Shown here: positions 50,801-64,000 of the stretch, piece after piece
Position numbering within the stretch: the stretch's first letter is position 1
Layout: each line of letters starts with the position of its first letter
Assembly: GCF_023055435.1 (NCBI RefSeq)
Contig: NW_025964223.1
Location: 44,206,001-44,270,000, forward strand
Direction: 5' to 3'
Length of the DNA stretch: 64,000 nt
Source of the DNA: Haliotis rufescens
Lineage: Eukaryota
Program-made: the position numbers and the translations under genes
Notes under the pieces: generated by a model
The model's database searches: none
What the model was told of the DNA's origin: nothing
What the model saw: only the letters and a program-made list of their open reading frames with translations

Positions 50801-52852
50801 GCCACTTTGCTTGTAGACAACTGTGATGTCAGAAGCATTCTGTCCTGAGGCTGTACTGATGTTTACAATGGAATCTCCTGTAACATATTGAATGTTGAAC
50901 GATAAAGTAGATCAAACTGCAAACAGGCTGGTTAAACGAACTTGTGCTTGTTTCTAACAACATATTTTCAAAACTAGTAGTTGGAGGATTATGTTTTTGT
51001 CTGTTATACATCTGTTGAAAACCTGATTCTAATGTACAACCTGGCCTCTTTGGCCAGTGCTCCTGAAGCGAAAAAAGGGAGGTATAGCCACGAAGCCACA
51101 GTCAATTTGATTCCTGGCGAATCTGACACACTACAAATGAAATAAGCAAAATATAGGAACCTGGTGCACACAGGAATTGCTGTTAAAACAATCATTTCTT
51201 AGAAAGGATTACGGGCAGGAGCAATGTTAGCGGCCAATTGGTGATGAGAAGCAAGAAATATATTTTAACAAGCCTTGTGAAGGTCTAACAAATCCAGAAC
51301 AAATATGACTCACACAAGGTACATTTCTGTAGACTTAACGAGATGCATCTCCCACATACTTGAACACGGAAGTAGTTACACTTTCGAGAGAATCCCATAC
51401 TTAGATGTGGCGTTTTACGAGAAATACCAAATAGTTTTGATATTGTGTTTCTTGGATTACAACTCATGAATATTAATATGTCATTTTATTACGTTTGTTG
51501 TTATTATGATGATTATTCACTAACTCCCCTTGGCAAAATTACCATCAATACATCGATATTCCAAAACAGAAAAAAACAACAACGTTTCTCCTTCCGACTC
51601 GGTCCATGAATATGACATGTTGTATGTGTTGAAAAGTTGATGAAGATGGACGTCATTTCTGAATTGATAAACGTGTAATGTTATTATTATAATGTAATGT
51701 AACGTTATTACTAAATTGTTGAGAGTCGAGAAAAACACACTTACTTTCAAAACACTGATATTTGACAATAGAGAATGTAAGAGCTGCACTACGCCGGGGA
51801 GCAGGATACACACACTGAGTCTCTGTAGAGCATTTGTTGTAGAGGGAGACCAGTTCAGTGTTGTTGAACCTGTTCATGTTACTTCCATGTTCTGTCACAT
51901 TGTCTGGGTTCACTGTGCAACTGGAGAGACCTGCACCACACTCTGTATTGCCAGTGTAGTAGGCGTCATAGATGGCGATCTTCTGGGTGCTGTTGCAGCT
52001 GATGTCATGTTTAGTACAGGGAAGGCCAAAAGTACCATAACATCCTTTACTTGTCTGTGTCGAGATCTCTACATGAAACAATATTCAAGCTTTTATCAAT
52101 TTCACAAAGTTGTATTCGAGGTTTATCAGAGCAACGGGTAGTTTGGTCAGTTAGCTAACATGTTTGCCATTAGTTCCGATTAATACCAATTTAATCATAA
52201 TTCGTAATTGAAAGACAAATACCATCACAACTGATGGTAGTTCAATAAACAAAAAATAACATGATACTGGATCACTTTCCAAATTACTACTACATTGTAA
52301 ATAATCGTGACAGTGACCTCTTGCCAAAGGAATATATTCATATATATGAGGTGAGAATTTAATCAACTCACGTCGATGTCATCAGATATTTCACACTCGT
52401 ATTTTATCATGAGCTAATTCCGATTTTAAAACGCAAATGGTCAGGGACAGGCAATTGGCACGATTACAATTCCTGCCTCACATGGATTGACCTGCTTATC
52501 TTACAATCACTAGCAAATTGTAATAAAAGTACGAAATAGAGTATACATCAACACGCCACATGCACGTACACATCTTCATGAACATTTTTGAAAGATAACT
52601 CATTGCGAATCACATCAGTATGAACAGTGAGGCTGTAGTTGGTATATGTCACAATAATATTGAACGAATGAAAGTGTGGTTAACTGTTTTACGTACATTC
52701 GAAGCATTTGTTATTAACATTGTAAATATTTTGTTAAATAGTTGCTTTAAAGTCGTGGTTTTGAAGCACTTACCCATAGGTACCACACCAAGAACAGGAA
52801 GACACAGTGCCACGCATACGGCACTCCAGTGGTTGAGTGTTGTGACTGACAT
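47839..52852 (-). CDS. Type I membrane receptor: signal peptide, SUEL-lectin-like domain, CUB-like domain, TM, Tyr-motif-rich tail; exons 52852-52774, 52068-51745, 50877-50506, 50240-50187, (49764-49684 uncertain), 48892-48787, 48286-47839
   Basis: GT-AG exons join in frame (phase 1 through the ectodomain, phase 2 after the TM exon). Signal: MSVTTLNHWSAVCVALCLPVLGVVPM. Exon 2 has ISCNSTQKIAIYDAYY...KCSTETQC...VKYQC. TM: VISGAVVGILLCVAAVVIFIWFW-RNR. Tail has YDEI, YDYV, YFIL, YNHM, YDHL. Domain names are by eye only. Confidence 0.72.
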
Positions 52853-54113
52853 GATCAGCTGTTGAGTTATGCTCGTGTTTGTTACATTCACGCTTATGCC
52901 CATATGGATGTTATATATATATATATATATATATAGATGAACCAGGATGTGGAACTGTCGTTCTAATGTAGTAGCATGTCGACTGGGTTTCCTGATATGA
53001 GTTGTACATGTAATGAGACTAGTTCAATTTGCAACCACATGTACCTCCTTATTTGTTTGATACTGTGGTCTTCCAAATTCCTCATGTCAGTGTTCAAATG
53101 TGTACCTTTACCATAAATTATGTGTCGTCTTGAAGATTGACATCATTTGTCTTTTTTTTATTAAAATTAAATTGTCAAATGTATGCCAGGGGGACATACT
53201 TCGTTCATCCTATACAATGCACTTGGTCCCGTGGTATGCGCCAGCAACTTGTGCTTGTCGTTCGAGGAGACCTAAAGGATCGCGTGGTCCGGCTCAGTCA
53301 CTTGATCTCGTACCCCGACAACGTAAGTCATTGATCATTTTATCAGTCAGTGTTTTGACTGGTCGTGACTCGGTTATTTAGAAGCCGCCGTCAGATAGCT
53401 TGTGTATTGCTGATTGCAGCGTTCAACAAACAATAAGTGTTGATAAGTTTTCTCCTGACTGGAAGAGAAACTGAAGGAGTTTGGATATCTTGATATTCAG
53501 TAGAACTATAATGATGTTCAGTGATTTACGATTACACCTTTCACGGTCTACCAGCTGATATATTTAGTCGTCTCTTACAAGCAGTATAAGGTGTAAGAAA
53601 CCTAATGTAACCCAGAATCCATGGGTACAATGTGTGGAGGCCATTTATGGTTTTCCCCTCCGTGATATTGCTGGAATATTATTACAGGCGACGTAAAGTC
53701 ATACTCACTCAGTCATCCCCACTGGGGACAGATCTAAAAGATGTGGTCACAACGACAAAACTAACAAATGTGACATTAAACTACAACATTGACTGGACAA
53801 AATGAATTTAAGTGTCCAAGACAAGGAATACACATTTCCCAGAGAGAACACGTGTTGTTAGATAATACCATAGATGTAGCAGGCTGTCGTGTAGACATTG
53901 TAGATGCTTCCGGCAGACCAGGACATGCCCTCTCACCACATCATTTTGTGACTGAGTATTTTGGGAATTCTACTTGGAACATTGTTACTCCTGCTTGTGT
54001 TATAATGCGTAATAGATCATACTTATTATTTGTCGTCAAACTGTACACAAATGTCAATTGATCTAGAATGGACAAAATGCTTGTATTCACGTTATATCAT
54101 GTTGGTTTGTTAC

Positions 54114-54363
54114 TTTGTTGTTTAACGCCGCAATAGTCCTGCTATATGACGGCGGGCTGTAAATAATCAAGTCCGGAACAGACACTCCAGTGATTGACAT
54201 AATCAGCATCGATCAACGCAATTGGAATACGATGACATGCATCAACCAAGTCAGCGAGCCTGACCAGCCGATCCCGTAAGTCGCCTCTTACGACTAGCAT
54301 AGTGGCCTTTTACGGCAAGCATGGATTGCTGAAGACCTATTCTACCCTGGATCTTCACGGGCC
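54114..54363 (-). mobile_element. SINE family D (V-SINE-like central motif)
   Basis: Contains gtcgcctcttacg (reverse of the GTAAGAGGCGAC V-domain-like core) and an (AAC/AAAC)n-type tail. Related fragments at ~27550-27756, 33000-33100, 35870-35990, 49100-49560, 53240-53430 and 58660-58800. Confidence 0.72.
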
Positions 54364-54480
54364 CGATTATTAAGGATCTGCCGTCATGTTGAAATCGCTG
54401 ATCATTACATCATCAATCGTTACATCATGTATACCTAGTTAATGTTTGAAGTGAATGGTACTGAGCGATCCAGGTATGAA

Positions 54481-54655
54481 GTGAGTGAGTGAGTGAGTGA
54501 GTATGGTTTTACGCCGCTTTTAGCAATATTTCAGCAATATCACGGCGGGGGACACCAGAAATGGGCTTCACACATTGTACCCATGTCGGGAATCGAACCC
54601 GGGTCTTCTGCGTGACGAGCGAACACTTTAACCACTAGGCTACCCGACCGCCCCC
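54481..54655 (-). mobile_element. SINE family C
   Basis: Full length; TSD ccaggtatgaag. Confidence 0.92.
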
Positions 54656-55309
54656 CAGGTATGAAGATCAAAGTCATGTAGTATCAGTACATAATATGAT
54701 TATGATTTATATTATTATTATTAAAAATAATGAAAACTATCTAAATATAATCGCGCTACAGTTTGACCACGTACACAAGTGTTATTGTAGAATAATTGTG
54801 TGTAAGTGTTTATATAATCAAAGCATTAGTTAAATCATTATATACACGTTTACGTGCAATATGGCTTAATATCTCTCATACCTTAGAACATCACTTCCTA
54901 ACGAATGCGACTCCGAATGGCCTGAGGATACTGGTTTCAGCTGAATGTGGGATATTTCAGGCAATGGTTCTTAATGACTGACTTCCTTTATTTTACACTA
55001 AAATGAGGGTTTCATTAGGAAACGGGTTTTGTTCGCGATTGTAACGAGAATCAAAGGCGGTTACATAACGAATGGAGTCATATTACATTTTAATGACTAA
55101 AATCGCCATTGTGCCAATTTCAAATACGATCAGTTATGCCACAGATTCCCCACACCACTTGAATCGTTTCAATAGTAAATAGTCTGCAATGAACTGATGT
55201 ATATCAACTAATGTTGTGAGGCATCAACTTAATGCTCGGGCAGAGAACAGAAGAATCTCCGAGTGAGAAATTATTGTGTTACGTCCCAGTCAGCATTATC
55301 TCAATAGAC

Positions 55310-56112
55310 CCCAGCAACATCACACATATGGCACAGCAACATCACACCAATAGCACAGCAACATCACACCAATAGCACAGCAACATCACAACAATAGCAC
55401 AGAAACATCACACCAATAGCACAGAAACATCACATCAATATGACATCAATATTACATCAATATCCAAGCAACTTCACGAATATATCACGACAATATCATG
55501 GCAATATCACAGCATTATCTCTGCAATATCACGGCATTATCACAGCAATATCTCAGCATTATCTTGGCAATATGACATCAATTTCACAGCATTATCTCTG
55601 CATTATCAAAGCAAAATCACAGAAATGTCACAGCAACATCTCTGCAATATGACATCAAAATCACAGCATTATCTCTACAGCATGACACTAATATCACAAC
55701 ATTATCACTGCAATATCACAGCAACATCACAACATTATCTCAGCAGTATCACAACATTATCTCTGCAATATCACAGCAATATCACAACATTATCTCTGCA
55801 ATATCACAGCAATATTACAACATTATCTCTGCAATATCACAGCAATATCACAACATTATCTCTGCAATATCACAGCAATATCACAACATTATCACTGCAA
55901 TATCACAGCAATATCACAACATTATCACTGCAATATCACAGCAATATCACAACATTATCTCTGCAATATCACAGCAATATCACAACATTATCTCTGCAAT
56001 ATCACAGCAATATCACAACATTATCTCTGCAATATCTCAACAATATCACATTATCTCTGTAATATCACATCAATATCACAACATTATCACTGCAATATCA
56101 CAGCAATATCAC
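55310..56112. repeat. Minisatellite of 11-bp subunits forming 22- and 33-bp higher-order units
   Basis: (tatcacaacat tatctctgcaa tatcacagcaa)n, most homogeneous at ~55745-56030. Confidence 0.95.
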
Positions 56113-56281
56113 GACAGCCCTGTAAATAATTGAGTTTGGCAAACAACGTGTAGAGCAACGAGACACGACTGTGGGATACAATGACACAGTTCTATGACAA
56201 TTCGATCCTTTTTGAGGTCGGTCCTGCGAGGACTATTGAGAACAGGTGATCTTGGGTCCATAGGGATCACTCTTCATCGGA

Positions 56282-56451
56282 GTGGCGTTGGCGTAGCCTA
56301 GTGGTTAAAGCGTTCGCTCGTCATGCCGAAGCCCCGGGTTCGATTCCCACATGGGTACAATGTATGAAGCCCATTTCCGGTGTCCCCTGTCGTGATATTG
56401 CTGGAATATTGCCAACAGCGGCGTAAAACCAAACTCACTCATTCACTCACT
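56282..56451 (+). mobile_element. SINE family C
   Basis: Full-length family match. Confidence 0.88.
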
Positions 56452-58350
56452 CGTCATCGGAATCTTACTCTATCAAATTAAGTTCGGAGCAAACTAATCA
56501 TCAGTTTTAAATAGTCCAGGATGGACAGTATGTTGGCCCACTTGTGTCACAACAACTATGCAAATATAACCTCCCTATTTCTTCCAGCCACATAAACTAT
56601 TCCGTTGACACATGGGTTAGGCTGTGTACGGCTATTTTGTATCCACAAACAGCTTCCAGGGGAAATGTAACTTGGGTGAGATCGATGAAATTGCACCACA
56701 CCACTGTGAGAATCATTGTGACGTCACCAGGTACGTCACAATCAAATGACATCACTAATCTCTCTGTCACGGGTTATCAGTGTTCACAAACTGAAAAGGA
56801 TTTTGGATGACAAATATAATTTCACCCTCGTGTCTCTCGATAAAATATACCAACACCAGTTGATAACATTCGGCAAGCCTTGGAGTTCTAGACTTTTATC
56901 GAATCATGCTGATATATTTGATAGTGAAAGACATTCGGGTGCTATTCACTATATATCGCTCCGTATAATAAACGTCAGTTGCCGTGGACCGACTCTTAAC
57001 CATGTTAGGTCACTGTACCATACCGTAAATACACTTTAAATCATACTGGCAGACAACATGTCCTATCATGAGATTCACATATTATACAGACCTTTAAATT
57101 TTATACCTTGATTCCGATGTCAGCCAATCGTATGCGAGTAACCAGACCCCTAATAATGCAAATGATGATTAAGTGATCAGCAGAAGTGTGACGATGCTAA
57201 AAGTATGAGTTGAGGCATGGAATGCTTAAACATATCTTCATACCTATTTTACAGGAAAACAATTGTGTAATATGTTACAGTATTGCCATACTCATCAACA
57301 ACTTTCACAACGCCGCTTTTAATATTCTGATACAATTTTATTCACAAAAAATATTAACAATGTTACTCAGTATAATTTTTTTGTATTTATCCACGCAAAT
57401 TAGAAGAATATGTTGTGTGATTTATAGACTGGTTCAACCTACATCTAACCGCAGCAACCGGCTCAACAACAGTTTCACGAAAGCGGCAATATTGGGTTCA
57501 TTTTGCATTGAAATACCAAATGATGTGACAGATTTAGGTGGGTTTAAGGACAATTTGCACATTATTTCAAGGTGTTTTAGTTGAATGTAGGGGGATGGCA
57601 AGAGTCTCAGACGTTTACCCTGCTGGTGAAACCTATGAGCACCATAATCAAGAGATCATAATCAGGGGCATCGGGTATTCGAGCCCACTTTCATAAGATA
57701 CGTACTTCTTCAAGGACTGAAAGACGAACCGCAAATTTTCGAGGCAAACGTTTCTCTATTCTATTCTATTCTATACGTATATTAATAAACTCTATAATTT
57801 TTCTATATTTTTCTATATTCTATATTGTGAATAGTAGCAATTGAAACGTTACATCTACAGATACAAATGCGATCGTCACAAAATATATCACGTTATGATT
57901 TATGCCCATCTGCTTGGGTGACAAAATAAAGCAGCCACTCGAGTCCTTGACGAGTTCACTTGAGTTTTTGTTGAAATGGGTGTTTCTGAATGATTAAGCA
58001 CTGACAAGGAAAAGAACGCCTAAAGGCTTTGTTAAAGCTATACGAGGAAATTTCAATTATTAATAGCACCAAACACACGTTACCACTGATGATTAAGAAG
58101 AAACAGGCTTCAAGTTTGTGTTGTATTTCGTATTTATTAGGTTTTTTAACATACGTGGATATCAAGCAAGCATAACTCGTTAAAATGAGTCTAAAACCAG
58201 ACTTTCGTCCATATAATGCTAAATCAAATAAAAATTACATTGCATAGTCTACTTTGCAAAAAGTTAAATCGTTATGCTTGTGCTATTACACTTTGTTCAC
58301 AGTGCACCTCTGACATCATCTTCAAATGTATGAATAACGCATATACGTCG

Positions 58351-58540
58351 TGGGCACGGGTGGCCCCGTCTTTTCAGGCACCGCTATTCGCAATTGCGTC
58401 AGTTAGTCGCGCTCGGAAACTATGCCCATGCTTTTCATCAAAGTGTAAACGTTAAAGACCTGCATCATTTCGCCCTGTAATTAAGCTGCCACGCTATGCA
58501 ATAACTGCAATACTGTTTGAAGCTGCGCAAAAGGTCACTC
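58351..58540 (+). mobile_element. SINE family A, old degenerate copy
   Basis: gggcacgggtggccc head and a degenerate 3' half. Confidence 0.6.
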
Positions 58541-59541
58541 ATACACACGGGCATATTATTAAAACAAGTACAATGTTCACATTAAATCATCAAAGTCAAC
58601 ATTAGCTCCTACAATCATGGCCACAAAAACAATCATATATACTTGTTATATGTGATAAATCCGCGGGGATTCCAGGGATGAATTATAGGTCTCCGACAAC
58701 CTGTGCTTGCCTTAAGGGGCGGCTGAATGGATGGAGGGGTCAGGCTCACTGGCATGGTTCACATGATTAGAAGTCACCGTATCACAATTGCGTGGATGAT
58801 GTGCTGTGTTACACGTGCATTGATACAATAGATCATTTAATGTTGCACGTGATGGTGATGGTGCTATATCATCAATCAATGTTTTAGTGATCTTGTTCTC
58901 TTTCCCGTCTTAAGGTGAGTCATGTTGAGGATATTGGTGGCGTAAAATCAATAGACTTCTAAATAATAGTCCAATTTAGTATGATTTAAGCCTCTGCTAT
59001 CACTTTAAGATAATACTGTGGCAAGTATATGACACTGATACGATTCCATAAATCGATCTTAGTGCGAATGCGAACTGAACTCGAATGCTTTAACATTGTA
59101 GCTCCAAGATTGCTTAGTGGAGCGAATCACTGGTCTGTACCACTGATAGCAGCCAATCTCAACTATCGGGTTATTTGTCACCGTCTGTAAGGTGAACATA
59201 GATGTTGTCTTCAATTCAACTGTCCAACTTTACTTCATCTTCAAACGTAGCAGGCGAAGCAGGGTTTCATCTGACAAATGCGATCATAGTCGCAATCGGG
59301 GCGTACCGACGTTTCTCTTGAGTCTTGGGTAGAATAAGTTCGATCATTTGACGCGGACTTATAGAACGAAACATGATCTTTCTCGATCGAGTTCTTGTCA
59401 TTCAACACGTCTGTGTGGCCAGATGGGTTGGCAGACATACAATCACAGGCAGTGACCCGAACAGATGTGTTCTCACAGATGTTTGATACAGTACAAAGAC
59501 AATTATGCTGTTATTATACGGTACAAAGACCATTATGCTTT

Positions 59542-59702
59542 GGGGCGGTGGAATAGCCTAATAGATAAAGCATTCTCTCGTCACGCCAAAGGCCCGGGTT
59601 CGATTCCCAACATATGTGTACAATGTGTGAATACAATTTCTGATGTCCTCCTCCGTGATATTGTTGGAACATTGCTAAAAGCGGCGTAAAACCATACTCA
59701 CA
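59542..59702 (+). mobile_element. SINE family C (diverged)
   Basis: Family match; TSD-like cattatg. Confidence 0.82.
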
Positions 59703-60357
59703 CATTATGACATCATGCCATTACATAGGGACCCACGAAGTGCGGAGAGATACTCTGTGGCACAATGCGTATTGATTTGTGTTTAAAACGAAACATAAGG
59801 AAATAGTTATTGCCTCCACACCATTCAAACCCAAACTTAACAAAAATATAGAATAAATTATGTTCAATCATGGAATGTCCATATCGGTAAAATACGCATG
59901 CATCTTTCATACTCTAAATATATGTTCAACAACATGTTGTAAAAAAACATTCCGAAGAATAAATATATGAAGGATAATTCTATTAAAGAACAATTTTTTT
60001 TTTTCTGGTAAGGATGTTCTGACACAAGTTAGCGATAGAGGTTGAATGATTGTATGAGCGCATCATAGGTGTCGCCATTGATCAAACCTGTTGGGAGTTC
60101 AGAAAGTGAGTTGAAATATACTTCGACGGCTGTAAACCTCACCTGTATACACTAGGATCCTTTACATATATGTGTATATAGCTAGGTAGGGTGTACATCA
60201 GTTTGGTTACTATATATTCGGTCTCGAAACTACCGATGCCTGTGGGTGGATACAAGCAGAGTATATACATGTACATGAAGGTGTATTTCGTTTTGCAGTG
60301 CTTTTAGCTTGTATTCAGGAAAGCGAATTTTTTTAAAAGAATTGTGCAATGTCAGTC

Positions 60358-60451
60358 CTCTCTCCTCTCTCTCTTTATCTCTCTCTCACTCACTCTCTTT
60401 CTCTCTCTCTCCCTCTCTCTCTCTTCATCACTCTCTCTCTCTCTCTCCCTC
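60358..60451. repeat. Imperfect (CT)n microsatellite
   Basis: Direct inspection. Confidence 0.9.
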
Positions 60452-60859
60452 CGAGGTTGTGAACAAATTTTATGTGCAAACTCTTATATCACCTGACACT
60501 GTATGTTCGTTATTTCTGTTTTTACAAATGAACCCACTCAGGCATATATGAAGAGTGAACGTATGTGTGTGTGTGTGTGTATCAACACGCGAGTTGTATA
60601 ATCACAAAGCAGTTCTTTGAGTAGTATTATGCTCTTGTTTTCCCCCAGCTGAAAATGTAGCATTAATCAGTACCCAACTGCTGGGTATCTATTCTCGAAA
60701 CTTTCGTGGCACTACGAATTCTCAGGCCCGAACGACACCATTGGCGATAACTTAAAAACTAAGATAAGAAGTATTCTCGAATCGTTGTTATCGTTTTCAC
60801 AAGTGTGTGTCTCTTAGTAAAACATTCGTAAGTTAAAATAAGAACTCAGAGTAACAATT

Positions 60860-61690
60860 CGTCCGTATTTTTTCATGCGAAGTCACACGCACTGTTGAAT
60901 TCCCCTCGTGCCGCCGACACTCGGCCAGAGTGTCATAGTGTCGCCTCATCAGCAATAGATTGAAATCAGCCCCTACAAAATTCCATGCAAATTGAAACAT
61001 CTACCGTTAAAACCGGCCTCTGTGCAATCCACCTATAAGTAAGGCGTCTTGTGACGCATGTAACCTAAACAGCTTACCATACATGAAGGCCGCAAAGTTT
61101 CGGGTGGTCTCCGCGTTACACGTGCACCATGTTTAGAGACGAATTAAGATTTTACCTGCGATTCACAGCTGATAGACAACGTTTTTGGAGACGTAGCGGC
61201 GAGGGCTACAATTCTTGACCATGTTCGGTATGGGGTCGGGAGTGTCATGGTGTGGGGCAGTATTACTCTATCAGTATTATTGCTGAATTGGTTATCATGA
61301 ATGCCTTGGACATTTGACTGGCCAGGGAAATATTTGGCACAATTTCGCGTCGTTGTTCCATTCGCTAGAATTATCGGCAGAAATTGTGAACTGCAAGATG
61401 ACAATATTAGATCACATCGTGCCCAGGCCGTCACCTTTTATCTCCGACGAGAAGGCATACGAACATTGGACTGGCCCGCTTAATTAGTCCCCTGATCACG
61501 ACATGTCCCGATCTGTGGGATGTTCTCAAACGGAGAGAGTACTCAATTGGTCCAACTTGGAGTAGCTCTTCAGGAGGAATGACGGGCAATAAATACCAAG
61601 GGCAACTATACGCAGGTTAATCAACGGTATGCCATCAAGATGTCATGCATGTATCGCCCAACATAGTGAACACACTATATATTGATCTTC
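60860..61690 (+). pseudogene. Decayed Tc1/mariner transposase (independent element)
   Basis: Plus-strand motifs WRRSGE, YGVGSVMVWGSI (cf. GGGSVMVWG) and LQDDNIRSHRA...IRTLDWPA* (cf. QDDNARPH...WPxxSPDL), with stops and frameshifts. Boundaries approximate. Confidence 0.85.
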
Positions 61691-64000
61691 TCGCCCAAAA
61701 TGTATTTTACAAACATTCATCGTCATTACACCTTTACTATGATTTCATCAGTTCTCCTGTTTTGTCGGTAGTATATATATTGACTGGTCAGCGAGCAACA
61801 TATTGGAGAAACTAATACATTGCCAACGACAAAGGAAATGAGAAGGACGAAGTCATGTTAAATCAGATATCAAAAGCCACGTCGATTTACCGAACTCGGC
61901 AAATATCTTTGAATACATATTTTCGTAGAATCATTCAGACAATGTCGTTTCTTTGTGTTCATATAGAAAGCGTATCACCTTTGTGATTATGGGATAAATT
62001 CATGCGTTTTTCCTGAACACATGGCTACAACAGTAGCGTTCGGCTGGATTGATTGACACGTAACAATATCTGCAAAGATCATAAGGCTATTTGTTGGCCT
62101 AATAAGGATTAAATGGTACTACATTTTTCGTAGATTATAAACATATGATATCAATGCGTGCCATCAAATGTAATATTATGCTCTGAATTTGAGGAGAGGC
62201 CCATTAATTCTACACAGTGCATTAATTATACACAGATTTATCTATCTACCAAATGGTGCGATTTATAATATAACTCAACTAACAAAAAGGATGCCGCAAA
62301 ATTATATGCAAGAAACATAACCATATCATATCCTTGCATTATCAACTGTTTTGTAATGATTTATGGCAAAATGCCATTCGCGCGTTACAAGTATGATTCC
62401 GTTTAGCTACCGCATTTAAAATTTTCCTGTTGCGATATCGCATTTTATTTTACACAATGTACAGTATACAGCTACAGACAATATTTGAAAAGCCAATGTC
62501 TCTATTTTCCTTACACATGTATATGTAGATGACAACTACAATATCGCTTGCCCTGTTATTGTGACGTGTGTATGGCTGTTCTTGATAGGCTTACTTGATA
62601 AAACAGCACAATCGTCACAATTATCATTCCCCTTCCTGCTTTATGATAACGCGTGTTTGATTTGCAAGCATAGGTATGGCAAAAATGCACCATGATTTTA
62701 TGCAACAGATAATTGTCCATAACCTACGTGGCCGCACAGTTAACTATCACTTAGTCTCGAGTACCGCATAAATACGGACTACGTATTTGATATACAAACA
62801 AATTATGGGCCGGTTTCGCTGGTTTCTTATATGGTGGTGAGAAGCTTCACTCTGAACACTTCTACCTCTTCTGCTTTAAATTGCATGATGACATGTATCG
62901 TCATGCACAGTCGATTGGCTTGTTTACATGCATTATATAGTCAGGGAAGCAAATACCGGCCTGTGTCTGAATGAGGAAAGTGTGGAGATTACCACACAAT
63001 ACTGTTCCTCCTTGCCCTCAAACGACAAACACTGTCATTGTGCTTGAAATAATTGTAATGCTCAGGCGTACATGTAGTGTCGGTATTTATTTCAAGCATT
63101 ATTAAAAAGGCCGATTACAGTATACATATGGAGTTATAGCCAATATTACAAAAATATACAAATTGTAGAAACAGCTACTGCGAAATGGCGAAAACGTTTA
63201 AATATATAATACACTTATATATTGTGATCTCAATAAGATTTGAGGTAAGTCCTTAAAAAATAGTCAAAGGCGCGGCAATAAACTGTAGAGTTGTGTCCCT
63301 TACGTCCGCCAACATCCGCATTTCGCGGGTTTGAATCCAGATTTTTTCCTTACTATCCTTATCAGCACCACACCGTTGTTCCTGGGTTTCAGATCAGTGG
63401 TTAATATATGGCTTTCCCCCTCACATGGAGCTAGAATATTGTTGCAACTTAAATACTGTTCAATAAATCAGAGCGACAAAATTATTTCCATAATTATACG
63501 AAATATCTGCAGTAAGCGAAACCATTGTACGATTCCGACTATATCATGACTATGTGATTCTGAATGACTATAAAATAGTGATGCTACCAGTTTTCGCGAA
63601 ATCATTCAATTCACACACTGGCTGAGATCCATATAGTACACAATCATAGTGGTAACAGCCTAACAGTAATTTAGAAGAAGAAAATCTAGGGGTGTGACAT
63701 ATACATTTCAAGGGCATACAGCCCTACTTTTCTCTCGGGATTACTCCAAGACCAGATACTAATTGCACATGTGCTGGAGCCAAACTGAAACCAGTACATG
63801 ACACGAATGAGCATAACATGATTATCATAGAGTCATTATCTTGTCTGTGTTACATTTACAGAATGATTGACTGGTGATAAATCAAAGGTTTTGGTAATCT
63901 TGAGTAGCCGCCACCTCATGTGCAGTTTCCCCTTTAAACTTGGAAGTCTGTTCAATAATGTCACAGTTGTTGACATCAGCTCCCGCTGACAGTCCTGAGT

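Noticed and set aside
51716-52141. 141-aa plus-strand ORF
   Set aside because: Antisense shadow of the minus-strand lectin-like exon.
55625-56062. 145-aa ORF with (LSLQYHSNITT)n repeats
   Set aside because: Product of the 33-bp minisatellite; no splice or signal support.

Overview
AT-rich eukaryotic (animal) genomic DNA with spliceosomal introns, dense tRNA-derived SINEs and one assembly gap (46825-46954). The SINE families look molluscan, possibly abalone-like; this host call is an inference. Positions ~12-25900 are a head-to-tail triplication of a ~9 kb unit. Each unit carries a 5-exon + strand gene that the ORF track shows only in fragments. Spliced by hand, it encodes a 117-aa secreted precursor: signal peptide, a Cys-free Arg-rich amphipathic peptide (LFRRRRRRRWLRIRGGKVLTGVGIAARLGLI), a GKR amidation/cleavage site, and an acidic C-terminal propiece with two EF-hand loops. 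This candidate antimicrobial/cytolytic peptide with a Ca2+-binding pro-domain is the main finding. The cationic peptide is identical in all three copies despite synonymous changes, and the middle copy is a recombinant of the outer two. On the - strand (36-53 kb) lie two multi-exon single-pass membrane protein genes with tyrosine-motif-rich tails: one with a SUEL-lectin-like/CUB-like ectodomain, one with an apparently tiny ectodomain. The rest is SINEs (4 families), decayed Tc1/mariner elements, small hairpin MITEs and minisatellites. All gene models are manual and unverified by transcripts.
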